Shown here piece by piece: positions 60,324 to 64,000 of a stretch of 64,000 bases of DNA (position 1 is the first letter of the stretch; each line of letters starts with the position of its first letter). Made by a program: the position numbers and the translations under genes. The notes under the pieces were generated by a model, which saw nothing but the letters and a program-made list of their open reading frames with translations, was not told the DNA's origin and searched no databases. Source of the stretch: Camelus dromedarius (taxonomy: Eukaryota); the NCBI RefSeq assembly GCF_036321535.1, contig NC_087465.1, forward strand, positions 620,001 through 684,000. Direction: 5' to 3'.

Positions 60324-60791
60324 AGGCAGGCAGGGGGCTTGGCTCCGGGGGGACACTCTGGTCTCGGCTGGGCCTGGACGGCACAGGGATGCTCCACCCC
60401 AGGGTCCATCTGCGCTTGCCTGCACTGGCTCCCTGTCACTCCTGTGTCACCGGCGGGGGTGGGGGAGTCCACGCCTGAGCACGTCACCACCTGCCCCCGG
60501 GCTCATGAAGCCTGTGCCCGGGGACGGGGTGCAGGGGCCCCTCCCTGCTCCCGGGGCCCTTGCTCAGTTTCCCCCTCCACCCACCCGAGCAGAGCCGCTT
60601 CTGCCCGACGTCCTTGGGCCCACAATCTGGCCGCGTGTGTCCTGGAGCCCCAGCTGAGCTCTGCTCCCCTTCACAGCCCAGCCCCACCCCTCTCCTGCGA
60701 GGGGACAGTGAGAGACGGCCTGTCCCCAGGCAGAAGGGGTCGCCCGGGCCGAGGACAAGGCCGCCAAGGTCAGAGGAAGAAAGCACAGCTG

Positions 60792-61126
60792 GTGTGAGTG
60801 TACGTTCCTATGTGCACACGCGTGTGTGTTACAGACACGCCTGCATGCGTATGTTTACACACACGTGCACATGTACATACACACAGTGGACACAGACACA
60901 AATACACACATATACACATGGAAACATACATGCACACATGTACACTCATACACAAATACACACAGTCACACACACATAGGCACACATACATGCAGACACA
61001 TACACAGCATATACACTTATGTACATACACACACAAGCACACAAACACACACATACACAACATGCACACCTACACACGTACATACAGTGGCACACAGATG
61101 CACACATACACACATACACACACACA
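60792..61126. repeat. Degenerate (CA)n/(TG)n compound microsatellite
   Basis: About 330 bp of interrupted alternating purine-pyrimidine sequence, TG-rich at the start and CA-rich afterwards. It explains the His/Thr-rich and Cys/Val-rich ORFs at this position. Confidence 0.92.
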
Positions 61127-62587
61127 ACCTCAGTTTAATTCGGGACCAGAGACAAGCGCTCTGACGCACAGCAGTGACGAAGTCGGAGGTCGAGGGCAGG
61201 GGCAGGACGTCCCTGGACGTCACCTGTGGCCCCAGAACACGGGCCCTGAGGAGGGAGCGGGGCTCAGCCACAGGGTGACTCCCCGTGTCCAGAGCCGGCC
61301 TCCAGGGAGGAGAGCGTGTCACTGTCCGACAGCGTGACTTTTGCCAGGAAGGTGTTTCCCTCCTGTCCCCTCCGCATGGTTCGTCCGGGGACCCAGCGGG
61401 ACGCCCATCCCTGGAGGGGCCGCTGCAGAGTGGGGTCTGCCTGTTGAGGGGTGCCCAGTAGCACCCACCTCACTGCACCTCCTGTGGGGCCCGCATCCCT
61501 GAGGTCGCACGAAACCTCGATGGAAACCGTCTGCACTGCTGAGTCCGGGGCCGGCCTGGCCAGGTCAGCACGTGCCCTGTGCCCTCCACGGGTGTCCACC
61601 TGCCACCCCTGTGTGCTCAGTCCCCACCCCTGTGGGCAGGGTCTTGGGGGCCTCGCCCCCTGCAGCCCCCCAGCGCTGTGCATGCAGAGGGGCTCCTGCC
61701 TGATCAGAGGGCGTTGGCAGACCCTGGGGAGGCAGCCAGGAGCTCTGGGGGGGCACAGCAGGGGCTCGGGGCCACTGCAGCTCAGGGGTGGCAGCCCTAT
61801 GGGGTGGGGGCTGTGGTGCGCCTGCCCCCCACCCCCCTGGGGCTCCAGAATTGTCCGTATCCACGTCTCTACAACTGCACGGCTCCTGGAGGGACGAGGT
61901 CACCTGACATCCCGCCTCAAGCAGCAGCAGGTCCCGACAGGGCTCAGGTGGTTGGAGCCGCTGTCCCAGGTGACTGGGGGGCCTGAGAATGCAGGACCTG
62001 CGAGGAGGGAGGGAGCCCGTCACCCTGGCCCCCACGCGGGCCCCCTGCCCACCTGCCCAGGTGCTACTCGCCCGCCAGGCGTCAGAGGAGAGACCCAAGG
62101 GCCTTCCCCGCACGCGGCTCCCGGGGCCAGGGTGTCGGCCGTGACGAGCTCGGTGCGCCCACCCCCCCGCCCAGGCCCCTCTCCTGGGCCTCCTCCCACC
62201 CAGTGGACGCAGCACCCTGGGGCCCTGAACGGTGCTGCTCCGGAGCTCGGAGGCCAGGCCAGCCTGTCCTGACTGACTTCTGCCGGGAGCCTCCCTCCCT
62301 CCCTGACCCTGCCTGCAGCCCTGCAGCGAGCCCTCCCCTCACAGCGCCGACTGTCACCTGGGGGGAGTTTCCGACAGCGTGAAACACCCTTGTCTTGCCC
62401 ACGTCCCGTTCTCCGCAATCTAACAGCCCGGCCCAGAGGGCTGGGCGCCTCCTTAACCAAGTGTGGGGGCTTGAAGACATCACCTGGCTCCAGTCCCTCC
62501 TCCTGTTTCCAGCTGAATGCCTCAGCTGCTTATTTGCAAACCTGCCTCTGACTGTAGGTCACGAGATGGGCTGAGCAGTCCTTCGGC

Positions 62588-63246
62588 AAAGATCCCTGGG
62601 CCCGGTGTGGGCCTGGACCCCTGTCGGCCCCTGGACGAGCCAACAGGACCCAGACGCAGCTGGAGGCTCTGGGATGCTCGGGGAGCCACCGTGCCCCGGG
62701 AGGGACGAAGGTGGATGGAAGAGGACGCCAGTGTGAAGGCCGGGAGGCCAGGGCTGAGCAGGGGCCACGGACTCCATGTCCAGCTCGGCCTCTGGAGAGG
62801 GGAGCCGGAGCCCGGGCCCACCACCCCGCCCCTCCCTGCTCGGCTCAGCCTCCCTTGCCGCACCCCACCCCAGGGGGCTGCTGCCTGCGCCAGCGAAGCC
62901 GCCAGAACTGTGGGCCCCACCAAAGTGCACCCACCCTCTGCCTCCCCCTCCCCCGGCTGTGCTCCTGCGGGCGCACAGGGCAGCCGCCCAGCTATTCAGA
63001 GAGACGCGTGGCCCTGCAGACTCGGGGCATGTCCCGACTGCACCTGCAGGTCCTCCCCCGGGGCCGCGGGCACTGGCTGCGCTGCACCTGCCGTGGGCGC
63101 GCCTTCCTCTGGGCCACATACCTGGTGCCGGGCGTGCAGGCCCCGGCCTGCTCCACATCCTGCCCTGCCCGCGCGCGTCTGCCCCCCGCAGCCAGGCCGG
63201 GACTCTGCCCGAGGGTTTCCTACAGCGATGGGAAGGGAGAGGGGCA
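62588..63246 (+). repeat. Local direct duplication, copy 2
   Basis: Second copy of 58191-58846, offset by 4397-4400 bp. Confidence 0.97.
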
Positions 63247-64000
63247 ACCCCCACCCCCTTAACTCTCAGTCTTATCTCTGTTTTCTTAAACATTTCATGC
63301 GCTGAAAACCGTGCCCCCTCCCTCTCCCTCCATCTCCCTCCATCTCCTCCCCCTCCTTCTTCCCGAGACCACGGCGACTCCAGTTTCCTGGCCTGTGTGC
63401 TCCCTGCAGGCGGGACAGTGTGACTTCTGTCTGCAGACACTGGACGTGGGGGCCACCCGTTGTGTGCAGAGCCAAACAGGACAGTTTTCAGGGTCCTGGA
63501 CAAGAAGGGGTGCACCCACCTCCCAGGCGACGACGGGCCCTGATCCCTAGGGCCACTGTGTCCTTTCCTGCGTTTACATGAGTCAAAATCAGCACCCAGT
63601 CGTATTTAGAAATTCAAAGAGACAAGGGGCCTGCTTTGCACTTAGTCAAATTTACATGATCCAATTTAAGAGCACGGCAAGGAGGCCAAGGTCTGCGTTT
63701 GGCCGGCTGATGCTCACAGAACTTGGAGCAAGTCCGTGTTTACTCAGCGGCTTGTAGGCTTCGGTGCTTTCACAGCGACCCTGCATCCTGCTAACTTCTC
63801 GGTAACACTCCAGTACCTTGCAGCCAGCACAGCAAACACGCTGAGCCTCGAGCGTGGCTGGCTAGTGGGGAACGCAGGACGGCGCCGACTGCTTCAGAAT
63901 TAGTGGTGTCTTGCTGGGCGAGAGGGGAATTCAAGGAACTCGAGTGTGCCTCTCAAAGGGAATGAACTACATGTGTACGCCTGTGAGTCTGTGATGAGGG

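Noticed and set aside
60798-61337. His/Thr-rich 179-aa ORF and its Cys/Val-rich antisense ORF
   Set aside because: These are translations of the CA/TG microsatellite.
58191-63246. Duplication as an imprinting control region (H19-like repeats)
   Set aside because: The duplicated unit contains no TGCCGC (ZFP57) motif and no convincing CCGCGNGGNGGCAG CTCF core.

Overview
This is mammalian genomic DNA, very probably camelid: three tRNA-Ala-derived SINEs carry the head typical of camelid copies, and two of them also carry the typical tail. It is GC-rich and unusually CpG-rich, which suggests a subtelomeric or high-recombination isochore. I could not recognise any protein-coding gene, structural RNA gene, CRISPR array or prokaryotic feature. 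The many ORFs in the track are what stop-poor GC-rich non-coding DNA produces; the only ORF with recognisable homology is a fossil L1 ORF2 reverse-transcriptase segment at about 2.0-2.35 kb. The window reads as intergenic DNA or a large intron with L1, SINE, Tigger1, MIR and L2 remnants, short tandem duplications, CpG-island-like patches and AT-rich islands. The most notable structure is a ~650-bp direct duplication (58191-58846 and 62588-63246). Its 5' ~285 bp are about 91% identical and its next ~355 bp about 99.4% identical, which suggests gene conversion. Homology ends at a minus-strand splice-acceptor-like tract preceding a candidate 98-nt exon. I found no convincing new biological system. 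Repeat family names come from recalled consensus sequences, not from database searches.
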